DNA of 63,371 nt, counting the filler, from Octopus bimaculoides (Eukaryota): assembly GCF_001194135.2 (NCBI RefSeq). It is 4 parts of 4 records of this genome, joined end to end, with 100 filler letters (N's around TTAATTAATTAA, not from the genome) between each part and the next. Parts side by side here need not be neighbours in the genome. Positions count along the whole stretch, not along the records: positions 26,671 to 54,216 come from NC_068996.1; positions 54,317 to 61,360 come from NC_069004.1; positions 61,461 to 63,371 come from NW_026370986.1; 1 more part is not named here. One strand, given 5' to 3'. The stretch's first letter is position 1, and each line of letters begins with the position of its first letter. Below the pieces are notes generated by a model that saw only the letters and a program-made list of their open reading frames with translations, did not search any database and was not told the DNA's origin. The translations under genes were made by a program, and so were the position numbers. Positions 52,129 through 63,371 of the stretch are shown here, piece by piece.

Positions 52129-53455
52129 GTCATCATCGTCATCATCATTTAACGTCCGCCTTCCAGGCTACCATGGGTGGCTTTACAAGAGCTGGCCAGA
52201 CAGAAGCCTGCACCAGATTTCTGTGATTGTTTTGGCAGGATTTTTTTTTCCTAACACCAACCACCCAGCAGAGTGGACTTACTGCTTTTTACATGGCACA
52301 AACAGAGGCAAGGTTTTTACAGCTGGATGCCCTTCTGAACACCAACAACTTTACAGTGTGGACTGGGTGCTTTTAAGTGGTACCTACACTGACAGTACTT
52401 GCAAGACAAAAAAAAACTCAGTAACTTTCATAACTTGGTCTAGCAATTTAATACTTCTGTAGTTGTTTCTATCCTACCACATCTCTATTTTCTATGATAC
52501 ATTGCTTTGCAATCCTGAACACCTCACGTCTCTGATCCTCATGCTGTAGAACATTTGCAAATTTCTTACCTTCAGCTACTCCTTTTGCTATGTATACCTG
52601 ATGCCTAGCTGCCCTTTTGGCTACCTGATATAATTTTCTGCTTCCACTGTTTTTCCAGTCTTTCCAGGCCTATCTTTTTGCTTTTATAGCACTGTCAACC
52701 TCCTTGGTCCAGCTGGGACTTTGCACCAACCACAGATTTCATCCATAGCCCTCAGTAGATTGTGCCACAGGAACTTCCAATTGTCCTCTAAGCTATATGT
52801 CCCCTATTCTTTCTCTCTTTCATCGAAAGCTTCCATGAGTAAATCTCTAAATTTTTGTTTGTTTGATGGATCTTTGAGCTTCCATAGTCTTCTTTTCCAG
52901 ATTGGTTTATTTCGCTGAGTCTTTCTAGCTCTAATTCTTAAATCACTAACTAGTAACCTATGCACTCTTTACCTGGGAAAGACTTTGTATTTTTAAGCAT
53001 TCATCTATCCCGTTGCCTGGTGAGGAGGTAGTCAATCTGACTTATGTGCTCACCAGACTTATAAGTGATTAGGTGGTTGGCTGGTTTTTTGAAGTTACTG
53101 TTGCAGATCATGAGATCATTTGCATCACAGAACTCCAGCAGTTTTGTTTTCTCCTCATTTCTAGGTCCAAAACCATAGCCCCCATGCACTCCCTGGAATC
53201 CATGGGGGTGCTATCCAATATGTCCACTGAAGTCACCAGCCACAATAACAAAGTCTCTGTCATTTGTCGTTGAGGTGATCTGCAAAAAGATCTCATAGAA
53301 TTGGTTCTTCTCATAGAGTCAGTCAGCCGGACTGAGGAGCAGAAGCAGGGATAAATGTAACTGTTAAGTTACTTATGATAACTCTCATCTTCATTACCCT
53401 ATCACATACTCTGACTACCTCAGTTACCTTATCTACCTACTTTTCTGCTAACCTA
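52129..53455 (-). mobile_element. Second copy of the same RTE family, with large internal deletions
   Basis: Endonuclease GFGPRNEEKTKLLEFCDANDLMICNSNF...QIDYLL. The RT start RNNYRSIKLLDQVMKV (about 52420-52475) is joined directly to the 3' UTR and (GAT)n tail shared with 42962-43240. Confidence 0.9.
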
Positions 53456-54216
53456 CTGCTAAGTGAGTAGAGAAATAACATACTGTTTATAGTTCTCGGA
53501 TCTGGCTGTAGGGTCTTGCATCAAGATGGAATTTGACCGTTACCACTATTTTATACAGAGATAGTGGCTCAAAATTGCCTTCTTTTAAAAAAACATTGTG
53601 GTTAGTTGATGGCAGTCACATGATCAAAAGATAGTTCTGTTTTTAAAAACAGGTGGCTTAGAATTGTTTCTCTTTGAAAACAATGTGGGTGGTTGATGGC
53701 AATTACATGATTAAAAGGTAGTTCGCGATTGTTGTGGCTTGTTTGATGAGCTAGTTCTGTTATTATTCTCTAGGACAATATTATGATTTATAGTTTTGTA
53801 TACATTTCTTGTGGAATCCATATTCTTTTGCGAAGTAACTATATCATTTTCATTATTATTTCTTTTATCTAAGCTAGGCATTTTGCTAGTATTAGTATGT
53901 AGTCTCCTATCAAAATTATAAAAATATGTCCTTGTTTAATTGTAATTTCATTGAATTTCTATATCTTTGTGCAGCTGAAGATTGCTCTACATTTTATATT
54001 TGATGTAATGTTTACATTGCTCAATTAAATGGAGTCGCATGAAACAATCGTATTGCATTACCTTTAGATATCCTCGTTGCTTATTTTGATTTTAATCACC
54101 TTATATATATATATATATAAATCATTTTCGAATCTCTCTGCTGACAATTATGACCAAACTCTCAAATATGACCGACTAAGAAAAAATTTTTTTACCTCCA
54201 GCCTCCATTTTCTATA

Positions 54217-54316
54217 NNNNNNNNNNNNNNNNNNNNNNNNNNNNNNNNNNNNNNNNNNNNTTAATTAATTAANNNNNNNNNNNNNNNNNNNNNNNNNNNN
54301 NNNNNNNNNNNNNNNN
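54217..54316. other. Artificial scaffold-join linker
   Basis: N44-TTAATTAATTAA-N44. Confidence 0.97.
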
Positions 54317-54363
54317 TATATAGATATATATAATTTCTATATTTTACACACACAAACACACAT

Positions 54364-54424
<61 letters not shown>

Positions 54425-54451
54425 GTCAGCCACTCACTCACACACACACGC

Positions 54452-54508
<57 letters not shown>

Positions 54509-55974
54509 TGGCTGATTTGCATGCATTGCAAACACTTGGTGCACTCAGTTGCACACAACATACACTCGTTTATTCAGTCATTCGTCTATTCCATGATACA
54601 TTATTTATTTATTTATTCATTTATTTTTTTTCATCTGTTGAAGCTTGTTGTGAGATGTGGCGAGGAACAGTGGTGTAATGCATTCACATTATAGCGCATG
54701 TTTAGTATGAAGGGCGTAACACATACTATAAATAATCTTGACATTTACACACAACATTTGTCTTCATATTAAACAGAATACATTCACAGCCGAATGGTAG
54801 GACTGACTCTTATGATTTTCACTTCTCGGACTAATGCCACTCGAGTGCAATTCTTCCTCCTCGTACTTTCCCTCCACAAACCCAGTTCGTGTTTATCTTC
54901 TAAGCCTCTGCGATGTAGCAAATAAAACTTTTCTCTTGCAGGAGGCTGGTATCCGAACAATGAGGAGTTTCTCATGCCTGAAACTTTAAGCAACGCATAT
55001 CTAAGTCAAACTATAAATATAAATATTTAAACACCAACATGCGTGTTCACCGTTCTTTTCTTTCGTGTGTATTATGCATAGTGGCGTAGCTAATATGTGT
55101 GTGTGTGTGTGTGTGTGTGCCGACCGAGGCAGACCCTGCTTCTGCCACCCTCTCCTTCTCTGGGGCCTCTAAACCTATACAAACTTATACAACTGTCCTA
55201 TAAGTGTTGTCTCCATAAAAGCGTCGCTCGGGGCGGATTGCACCCTTTGCTGCCCCAAACAATGTTATGAACTAAACACTTATCAGTCAGACATAGTTCA
55301 TCTATGTCCACATTATTTAATGTATCCTTTAACTTGTGCTTCCATGTAAGACGCTCAGGTGTGATTTGTGGGAGACGTGACTGCATGTTTATTGACCACC
55401 TAAAGGCTCCTTCGTTATTACGATGGCAGGATTGTTAGAATATCAGACATATTGCTTACGTGGTTTTTATCTTATTTTAGATACGGCCAGGTTAGCTTTA
55501 ACTGTCATCCTTCTAGAGATTGACCCGAACCTGGGCATCGACCACTTAACTCCTACATTTTGATTTCAATCAACACTCATTTTCTTCTAGAATGCGTTGC
55601 ATAGTCTTTGTTTGTCTCCTCTTTCTCACCCCCCTCTCTGTGTTTTATTCCCTATATCTCCTTTAAAACAACATCTACCAAAAAAAAGCCCTCTATTTTA
55701 ATTGCTTTATGGGCTTAGTGAGATTTTGTGAAACATGACAGGCATTGCGCATGTACAAACATGTTTGCATCCCACGCGTCAACAACGAGCCCAGCTTGTC
55801 TTCTGTTGGTGTACACTTTCTAAGTGTTCTTGCTTGTTGCCTTGTTTACTTCTTTATTTGTTTGTCGGTCGGTCGGTCGGTCGGTCGTTCGGTCGGTTGG
55901 TTGGCTATTTTGTTGGTTGGTTGGGTAAAGAGGGCAGGTGGTTTCTTGTTGATGTAGGAGAGAAATTACGTTTC

Positions 55975-56060
55975 TGCCTCATGGAGGATGAGTAAGAAAT
56001 GACTGTGAAAGAAGGTAGCTTGAGGTCAAGTAGAGGAGACAGACAGACAGACAGACAAAC

Positions 56061-56100
<40 letters not shown>

Positions 56101-56527
56101 TGAGAGACAGACAGACTGAGAGACAGGTAGGGACTGAAAGACAGACAAACAGACAGATAAATGGACAGACAGACAGACAGACAGAGAGACAGACAGATAG
56201 ATAGATAGATAGATAGATATATAGATAGATAGATAGATAGATAGATAGACAGACAGGTTGATCGACAGACGGATAGATAGATAGACTGACAGACAAATAG
56301 ACAGACAGACGGAAAGAATGGGGGAGGGAGAAAGAGGCAGCGATTTATTGTGGTGGGTGAGAAAATGGGAGAGGTTAAATGAACGAAAGAAACAAAGTAA
56401 AAAAAGAATGAATGGATAGGTGGGAAAAGAAGGAAAAATAAGATGAAAAGGGAGAAGGGAGGAAGGAAGGAAGAAAGACGGAAGGGAAGAAAGAAAGAAG
56501 GAAGGGAAGAAAGAAAGAGAGAAGGAA

Positions 56528-56592
<65 letters not shown>

Positions 56593-57249
56593 AGGAAAGA
56601 AAGAAAAAAGGAAGGAAGGAAGGAAGGAAGGAAGGAAGGAAGGAGGGAAGAAAGAAAGAAAGAGAGAAGGAAAGAAAGAAAGAAAGAAGGAAGGAAGGAA
56701 GAGAGAAGGAAAGAAAGAAAGAAGGAAGGAAGGAAGAAAGAAGGAAGGAAGAAAGAAGGAAGGGAAGAAAGAAAGAAGGAAGGGAAGAAAGAAAGAAAGA
56801 AGGAAGGAAGGAAGGAAGGAAGAGGCACTGAAGGGTGGCGGTAATATAGGAATAGGAAAGAAGGTGAGGAGAGACGGGGTGAAGGGTAAAAGGAGATGAG
56901 AATTAAAGAGAGGAGGAAAGACAGAAGAAAGTGGGGGGGGAGTACCGGAGGGACGGGAGAGAGAGAGAGAGAGAGAGAGAGCTAAGGGGCAGATAAGGCG
57001 CATTGATGGGAAGGAAGATTGAGGAGAGGAGAAGAAAATGCGCAAAATGGAAAGAAGTCGCGGTTGAGAGGGAGAGTGGAGAGGAGGGGGTGAGGTTGGT
57101 GAGAAAAGGAAGAGAAAAAAGAGGGCTTGAGGGATGAGTGGTATAAATAGGGTTAATTCAAGGAGTAGGAGGAGGGAGAGGGTGTATGTTGTTGCTGTTG
57201 TTGCTGTTGGATGAGTAAGACGTAAGGGATGTGGGTGAGTGGAGAAGGA

Positions 57250-57320
<71 letters not shown>

Positions 57321-57385
57321 AACAGATAGATAGAGAGAGAGAAAGAGATAGATAGACAGAAAGACAGACAGAGAGAGAGAGAAAG

Positions 57386-57439
<54 letters not shown>

Positions 57440-58110
57440 GGAGGGAGGGAGAGGTACGTTGAGAAAAGTTGTTGAGATTATGAATGAGTAGTCAAAATAT
57501 GTGGAGAGGGAGAGAGAAAGGGGGAGATAGATAGACGGGTGGGAGGAGAAGAGGAAGTAAAATAAGAATCGGAACGGAAGCGGGGAGGGTAGAGAGTTGA
57601 TGAGTGGAATGAGAAAAAAGTGAAGTAACTAACTAGAGACAGGGAAAGGGAGAAATAGAGGAGAAAAGAGGCAGAATAAGAGAGAGAGAGAGAAGAAGAA
57701 GAAGAAGAAGAAGAAGAAGAAGAAGAAGAAGAAGAAGAAGAAGAAGAAGAAGAAGAAGAAGAAGNNNNNNNNNNNNNNNNNNNNNNNNNNNNNNNNNNNN
57801 NNNNNNNNNNNNNNNNNNNNNNNNNNNNNNNNNNNNNNNNNNNNNNNNNNNNNNNNNNNNNNNNNNNNNNNNNNNNNNNNNNNNNNNNNNNNNNNNNNNN
57901 NNNNNNNNNNNNNNNNNNNNNNNNNNNNNNNNNNNNNNNNNNNNNNNNNNNNNNNNNNNNNNNNNNNNNNNNNAGGAGGAGAAAGGGGAGGAGGAGGAAG
58001 GAGGAGAAAGGGGAGGAGGAGGAAGGAGGAGAAAGGGGAGGAGGAGGAGGAGAAAAGGGAGGAGGAAGTGGAAGGAGGGGAGGTGCGGAGGAGGAGAATG
58101 AAGAATGCAC
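55975..58110 (+). repeat. About 2.1-kb compound purine-rich low-complexity tract (GATA/GACA, GAAA/GGAA, GA, GAA, GGA)
   Basis: Visible directly. 56445-56825 is almost purely A/G, and (GAA)n runs at 57691-57764. Confidence 0.97.
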
Positions 58111-58134
58111 ATTATGTGTAGCGGGAGGCACTCG

Positions 58135-58285
58135 GTCTAATGGATCCCAGTACTTTATCGAGCCCTGAAGACTAGAAGGCAAAGTTGATTTCTCGCGGAA
58201 TATGAACTCAGAACGTAAAATCACGTAAACTAAATACGGGCCCCCAAAGCAAATTTGTTCTGCGTTCTGCTAATCTTGCCATCCA
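58135..58285 (-). mobile_element. SINE type B remnant
   Basis: cccagtactttatcgagccctgaagactagaaggcaaagttga...tgaactcagaacgtaaa matches 7370-7465. Confidence 0.75.
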
Positions 58286-58935
58286 TTCACAGTCATGTCA
58301 TACGAATTAATTTGTTCCCGGAGACCGCTCGTAAAGTGAAACCTCGTAAAGCAGAGCAATAATTTCACATAGTAGCAATGAAATTTTATGCCGTCATTTT
58401 ACTCCGTCGCTGTGTAGATGCGCCCGAACCAGTGTTTCCACATGTTGCGACGTTACCACACACTAAATAGTTATCTAACCTTTTATATTTATCATAAAAT
58501 AAAACTCGTAAACCCATTTTTGAATGGTTAAAATATCGTGTTTAAGAGAAGCGAAAATAGAAACATTTACTGAAAACAGACAAATCGTATCTTTTCGTTG
58601 TCAAATCACTAATCGAAAGGTAAGAGTTTCTTCCCTTCCAGGATGAAGTTATATTCGGAACATTTTCCCATTATGCACTGCTTTGGGTATTTATACCCCC
58701 AAACGCCGAATATCTCAGTAACTAATGCTCCGATTTACGCGAAACTTGTTACATTCCGTTCGTGTTAACATTTCAGGATAAACTTAATTCATAATATTTT
58801 CTCGTTATACGCCAGTTTGGCTGAGTAACATTGCAAGTAAGCAAACAAGCAAGATTCAAACTGACTTTTAATGTATGTATGTATGTATGTATGTATGTAT
58901 GTATATATGAACGGGGTTGGTAATGTTATAATATT

Positions 58936-59387
58936 GACAAATACAGGTGTATCAAGTACCATACAACATAAATTCTTCATTTACTAAAATTACCTCCGCC
59001 GCTAGAAGATTATCAAAAATCAATTAAGACCAGCTCCACATGAAAAAGGGAAATAAACTCAAGATTCAAGAATCCTCTAAGACTAACATACCATTAAGGA
59101 AAAGTACAGGCTTATTGTCTGGAGATAAGAGGGTAGTGTTGTTTCTGCTTCAAAAACCGTCATCAGTACGACAATTGTCCGGCCTTGTCTCTCTTTGCCA
59201 AGGGACATCGACTAATACAAAAAAATAGGAACGCATTTATTGCCTAGGTAATTTGCGTAATTTAAGCAAAAATAAACTAAGATGTCTAACTCGAAGTGGC
59301 CAGCGGCATGTGCTTGAACGACATAGACAAATGCAGGTGTATTAAATACCATACAATATAAATTCTTGATTTATTAAACCACCTCCG

Positions 59388-59389
<2 letters not shown>
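58936..59389. repeat. Direct repeat pair (about 65 bp, 390 bp apart)
   Basis: gacaaat(a/g)caggtgtat...accatacaa.ataaattctt...cctccgcc at 58936-59000 and 59326-59389. Confidence 0.85.
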
Positions 59390-59473
<84 letters not shown>

Positions 59474-59714
59474 CTGCCTATCTATCACTCCCTGCTTGTG
59501 TAAGCTTTAGTTTGTTTTATCCATCATTTTGAAGAACAAGTTGAAGCAAGAATATATTAATTACCCTGCTATCTACTTATCTACTCAGCTGCTTCTTGTT
59601 TAAATTTACTGGGTTAATTAACAGAGTGTCAGAAATGATTGATGAAGATTAAAGAAAAATCGATAAGAAGAAATCATGTATATTTGAGATTTGTTTTTTT
59701 TTTTCTTTTTTGTA

Positions 59715-60040
59715 AGCACTTTTTACTTGTTTCAGTCATTCGAATGCGGCCATGCTGGAGCATCGCCTTGAAACGTTTTAGTCGAATGAATCGGCCCCTG
59801 TCTGTCTAAGTTTATTCTGATGCTTTTTCTATCAACATCTATTGGCGAACCGCAACGTTACAGGTACTTAAACAAACCAATAGCGGTTGATAAGCGGTGG
59901 GAGAAGGGACAAACACAAAGGTACTCACAGGCACATACACACACACACACATAAAGACGGGCTTCTACACTGTTTCTCTCCGCCAAATTCTTTCACATGA
60001 CATTGGCCGGCCCGAGGTTATAGTAGAATGCACTTTACGT
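59715..60040 (-). mobile_element. SINE type A, 5' truncated
   Basis: ttttacttgtttcagtcattcgaatgcggccatgctggagcatcgcc...(CA)n...gacgggcttc...ggcccgaggttatagtagaa. Confidence 0.85.
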
Positions 60041-60078
60041 ATGTTGTGTATGTATGTATGTATGTATGTATGAATCCA

Positions 60079-60604
60079 CGAGGTCTGATTAAAAAAAAGT
60101 ATCAGGTCTGTTGCTATGGCAACGGAGCTCAAGTATGCAGGGTGGAGCCGATTGGCATAGATTGACCTTGAACTCTGTCGCGCACACTAAGTTATAACGT
60201 TCTCCAAAAGAATGCGACGAAGCAACCACTCACTATCCCCCGAAACAAACTCCAGGAATGCATCCATCAATGGAAACGACCCTGGATAATGTTTGTGGCT
60301 TCAAGCTATCAAACGGGCTAACGTATGTGGCTTCCTTTGGAAGGGGACTACTTCGAAGGGGATTAAATACTGAATTGATGGGTTGTAGTTTTCTTTTCAC
60401 AGTACCAACTCCGATATTTTTTTACAGTACCAACTCCGATATTTTTTACAGTACCAANNNNNNNNNNNNNNCACAGTACCAACTCCGATATTTTTTTACA
60501 GTACCAACTCCGATATTTTTTACAGTACCACCTCCGATATTTTTTTACAGTACCAACTCCGATATTTTTTTACAGTACCAACTCCGATATTTTTTACAGT
60601 ACCA
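60079..60604 (+). mobile_element. Internally deleted mini-mariner (left end fused to transposase C-terminus)
   Basis: Left TIR cgaggtctgattaaaaaaaagtatcagg at 60079. Junction at about 60203 to KNATKQPLTIPRNKLQECIHQWK...EGDYFEGD* (stop 60364-60366), a mariner C-terminal signature. Confidence 0.8.
60399..60604. repeat. Minisatellite, unit acagtaccaactccgata + T6-8 (about 25 bp), at least 7 full copies, gap inside
   Basis: Visible directly; no spacers between units. Confidence 0.95.
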
Positions 60605-60980
60605 AAATCCGCAGAGGTCGACTTTGCCTTTCAACCTTTCAGGGGTCGGTAAAATAAGTACCATTTGAGAAATGGGGTCGATGTAATCGACTTATAACCC
60701 TTCTCCAGAGCTTGCTGGCTTTGTATCAAAACCTGAAACCAATAGTTAAAGTAACTTTAAGGCGCTGAGCTAGCAGAATCGTTTTGCACGCCGGACAAAA
60801 ACGCCTACTGGTATTTCTTCCGGTCTTACGTTCTGAAGTTCAAATACCACCATGGTCGACTTTGCCTTTCGTCATTTCGAGATCGATTAAATAAGTAGTG
60901 GGGTTGATGTAAACAACTTATCCACTCACCCCCCACCCACCAATTTTTTGGCCTTGTACCAAAATCAGAATGTAATACAC
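60604..60980 (+). mobile_element. Two tandem SINE type B copies (5' truncated 60604-60750; near full 60758-60980)
   Basis: Both carry ggtcgactttgcctttc...aaataagta...tgggg(t/c)gatgtaa. The second has the head aaggcgctgagctagcagaatcg...gaagttcaaat. Confidence 0.85.
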
Positions 60981-61360
60981 GCCACGGCCTCAGAATTGTA
61001 AACAATGTGAAGTTGTGACATTCATGCCTCTCTCGGCTGGTGTTATTAACAGATTTAAACGAAGTAAAACGGATTTCAGTGGAGACTATTGATTGGTTGT
61101 TTCCTGATTGTTCTGCCTTAAACTTCCTTGTCATTAATTATTTTAATGATTGGGTGACGGCATTGATTGACATGTTCATTGTGTGACAATATACGAAGCA
61201 AGGCGAAGGGGGTATGTATGACCGTACGCGATGCGGGGTGGGGTGGCAAGTAATAAGATGGAGAAGTTAGTTAAGAGATAATTATGATTCCAGAATGTTC
61301 ATCCTATCACCATCGTCTCCATTGGTTTTTCTTTTAATTCTGTTAGGATTATGGGGTAAA

Positions 61361-61460
61361 NNNNNNNNNNNNNNNNNNNNNNNNNNNNNNNNNNNNNNNN
61401 NNNNTTAATTAATTAANNNNNNNNNNNNNNNNNNNNNNNNNNNNNNNNNNNNNNNNNNNN
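61361..61460. other. Artificial scaffold-join linker
   Basis: N44-TTAATTAATTAA-N44. Confidence 0.97.
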
Positions 61461-62894
61461 CGTCTGTCCTTGTTTGTTCCCTCTATGTTTAGCCCCTTGT
61501 GGGCAATAAATAAATAAGAACTGTACAAATGCAGTCTCTATTCGTAGATAATAAATAATATATTGTGTGTGTGTGTGGCGTGTGGTGTATGGATGTGTGT
61601 GTGTGTGTGTGGATGTGTGTGGATGTGAGTGTGTGTAAGGAAGAGACTGCATGCGTGTATAATGTATAGATATATGTGAGTGTAGTATGTGCATGTATGT
61701 ACGTGTTAATATATATGTGTGTGTGTGTGTGTGTAGATAGATAGATAGATGGCATACATAAGAGTGTATCAATGTATGGATATGCTTGTATGTGCATGTG
61801 TGATGTAAGCAAGTGCATACATATGCGCATGCGTATAAGTGCTAGCGGCTGTGTGTGTGTATGTGTGTGTGTGTCTGTGTGTGTCTGAGTTTTCTGCTTT
61901 TTTTGTTGTTGGCGATTATTATTTAGCGTTTTAAACTGACGTTTGTATGTTAAATATTTTGTGTGGTGGAGATACAAAAGAAAGAGGGAAGTGAATCCAA
62001 ACTCACCGACTTTCGATTCACTTTTAAAGATTCATTGTATCTGCACCTGCACAATATTTTATATCTATATACGTGGTAGCATACATAGATATATACACAA
62101 TACATACTTACATACANNNNNNNNNNNNNNNNNNNNNNNNNNNNNNNNNNNNNNNNNNNNNNNNNNNNNNNNNNNNNNNNNNNNNNNNNNNNNNNNNNNN
62201 NNNNNNNNNNNNNNNNNNNNNNNNNNNNNNNNNNNNNNNNNNNNNNNNNNNNNNNNNNNNNNNNNNNNNNNNNNNNNNNNNNNNNNNNNNNNNNNNNNNN
62301 NNNNNNNNNNNNNNNNNNNNNNNNNNNNNNNNNNNNNNNNNNNNNNNNNNNNNNNNNNNNNNNNNNNNNNNNNNNNNNNNNNNNNNNNNNNNNNNNNNNN
62401 NNNNNNNNNNNNNNNNNNNNNNNNNNNNNNNNNNNNNNNNNNNNNNNNNNNNNNNNNNNNNNNNNNNNNNNNNNNNNNNNNNNNNNNNNNNNNNNNNNNN
62501 NNNNNNNNNNNNNNNNNNNNNNNNNNNNNNNNNNNNNNNNNNNNNNNNNNNNNNNNNNNNNNNNNNNNNNNNNNNNNNNNNNNNNNNNNNNNNNNNNNNN
62601 NNNNNNNNNNNNNNNNNNNNNNNNNNNNNNNNNNNNNNNNNNNNNNNNNNNNNNNNNNNNNNNNNNNNNNNNNNNNNNNNNNNNNNNNNNNNNNNNNNNN
62701 NNNNNNNNNNNNNNNNNNNNNNNNNNNNNNNNNNNNNNNNNNNNNNNNNNNNNNNNNNNNNNNNNNNNNNNNNNNNNNNNNNNCACACATACACACACAC
62801 ACACACGAACGTGCGAATACACACACATACACGAACATATGCACACACAAAAATGGATAAGATCAGTGCATCTATAAAATGAATCATGCGCACG

Positions 62895-62940
<46 letters not shown>

Positions 62941-63371
62941 CGTACACACGCATATTGGTCATCACATGCTACAGAGTATTTGGTGGGGGGAGCAGCAACA
63001 ATTTTCCTTCATATACGCCATGCCCTCTCTGTTGTTTTTTACATAATGTAGCCACGTTAGCTGCGAGCCAGCAGAGGCACACTTTTGACTCTTACTTACG
63101 CTTCTGATCTAGCGGTTCATCAAAGGCGTGACAGCTGGCGGGAGAGAGGTTTCTCGCAGGCGTGTATGGAAGCTAAGTTTTATTTGAAGGCGACCTTTAT
63201 TCGTCTTGTCACACGCTACTGTCAAAGAGTTTATTCAGCTTTTTATAGATCGAACTCTGTTATCTGTTGGTTCACTGCACCCTGCTGAATGGTGCCGCTG
63301 TTTTCGAGCGACTACTAATTAATTATCAAGCTGGTCTATTCGCAGCTAACCCCTGTATCTATATGTGTATA

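Noticed and set aside
54784-54993. 69-aa ORF / acceptor ttttctcttgcAG as the missing MEA1 exon
   Set aside because: The phase-1 translation (RGWYPNNEEFLMPET) has no MEA1 similarity. It lies beyond a scaffold linker and looks like a dispersed repeat.
55905-57321. Long ORFs of 307 and 431 aa (minus) and a 133-aa K/E/R-rich ORF (plus)
   Set aside because: These are translations of GAAA/GGAA/GATA microsatellites that lack stops by composition.
60399-60604. CRISPR-like array of about 25-bp repeats
   Set aside because: The units are head-to-tail with no unique spacers, there are no cas genes, and the context is eukaryotic. It is explained as a TIR-derived minisatellite.
61943-62965. ORFs spanning N runs (also 14220, 16361, 21471, 22333, 32652, 41219, 57478)
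   Set aside because: They are open only because N codons are not stops.

Overview
AT-rich, microsatellite-saturated animal DNA, most consistent with an octopus; this is inferred from the SINE/LINE repertoire and was not checked. The window is not one contiguous locus. Three identical artificial 100-bp linkers (N44-TTAATTAATTAA-N44 at 26571, 54217 and 61361) join four scaffolds, and about 20 further N gaps mostly sit at microsatellites. Only one host gene is recognisable: a MEA1 (male-enhanced antigen 1)-like gene on +, with coding exons at 42276-42587 and 46415-46496. Its last coding exon is not found in the window. The rest is a transposon landscape. It includes a decayed Ty3/Gypsy pol with a gag-pol slippery site and probable 3' LTR, four RTE LINE fragments, a Penelope-like GIY-YIG fragment, Tc1 and mariner remnants, a Chapaev3-type element with intact ends and TSD, hAT- and Mutator-like MITEs, and at least three modular tRNA-SINE types. 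The most notable observations are these: (1) a PHD-type C4HC3 finger inside an RTE ORF2; (2) a 100%-identical inverted 181-bp copy of the Gypsy LTR next to a heavily decayed pol; (3) a perfect 168-bp palindrome and other fold-backs in or near the MEA1-like transcription unit; (4) a minisatellite derived from a mariner TIR; (5) three-way SINE domain shuffling. I found no CRISPR array, rRNA or genuine tRNA gene. Most ORFs in the supplied track are microsatellite or N artefacts.
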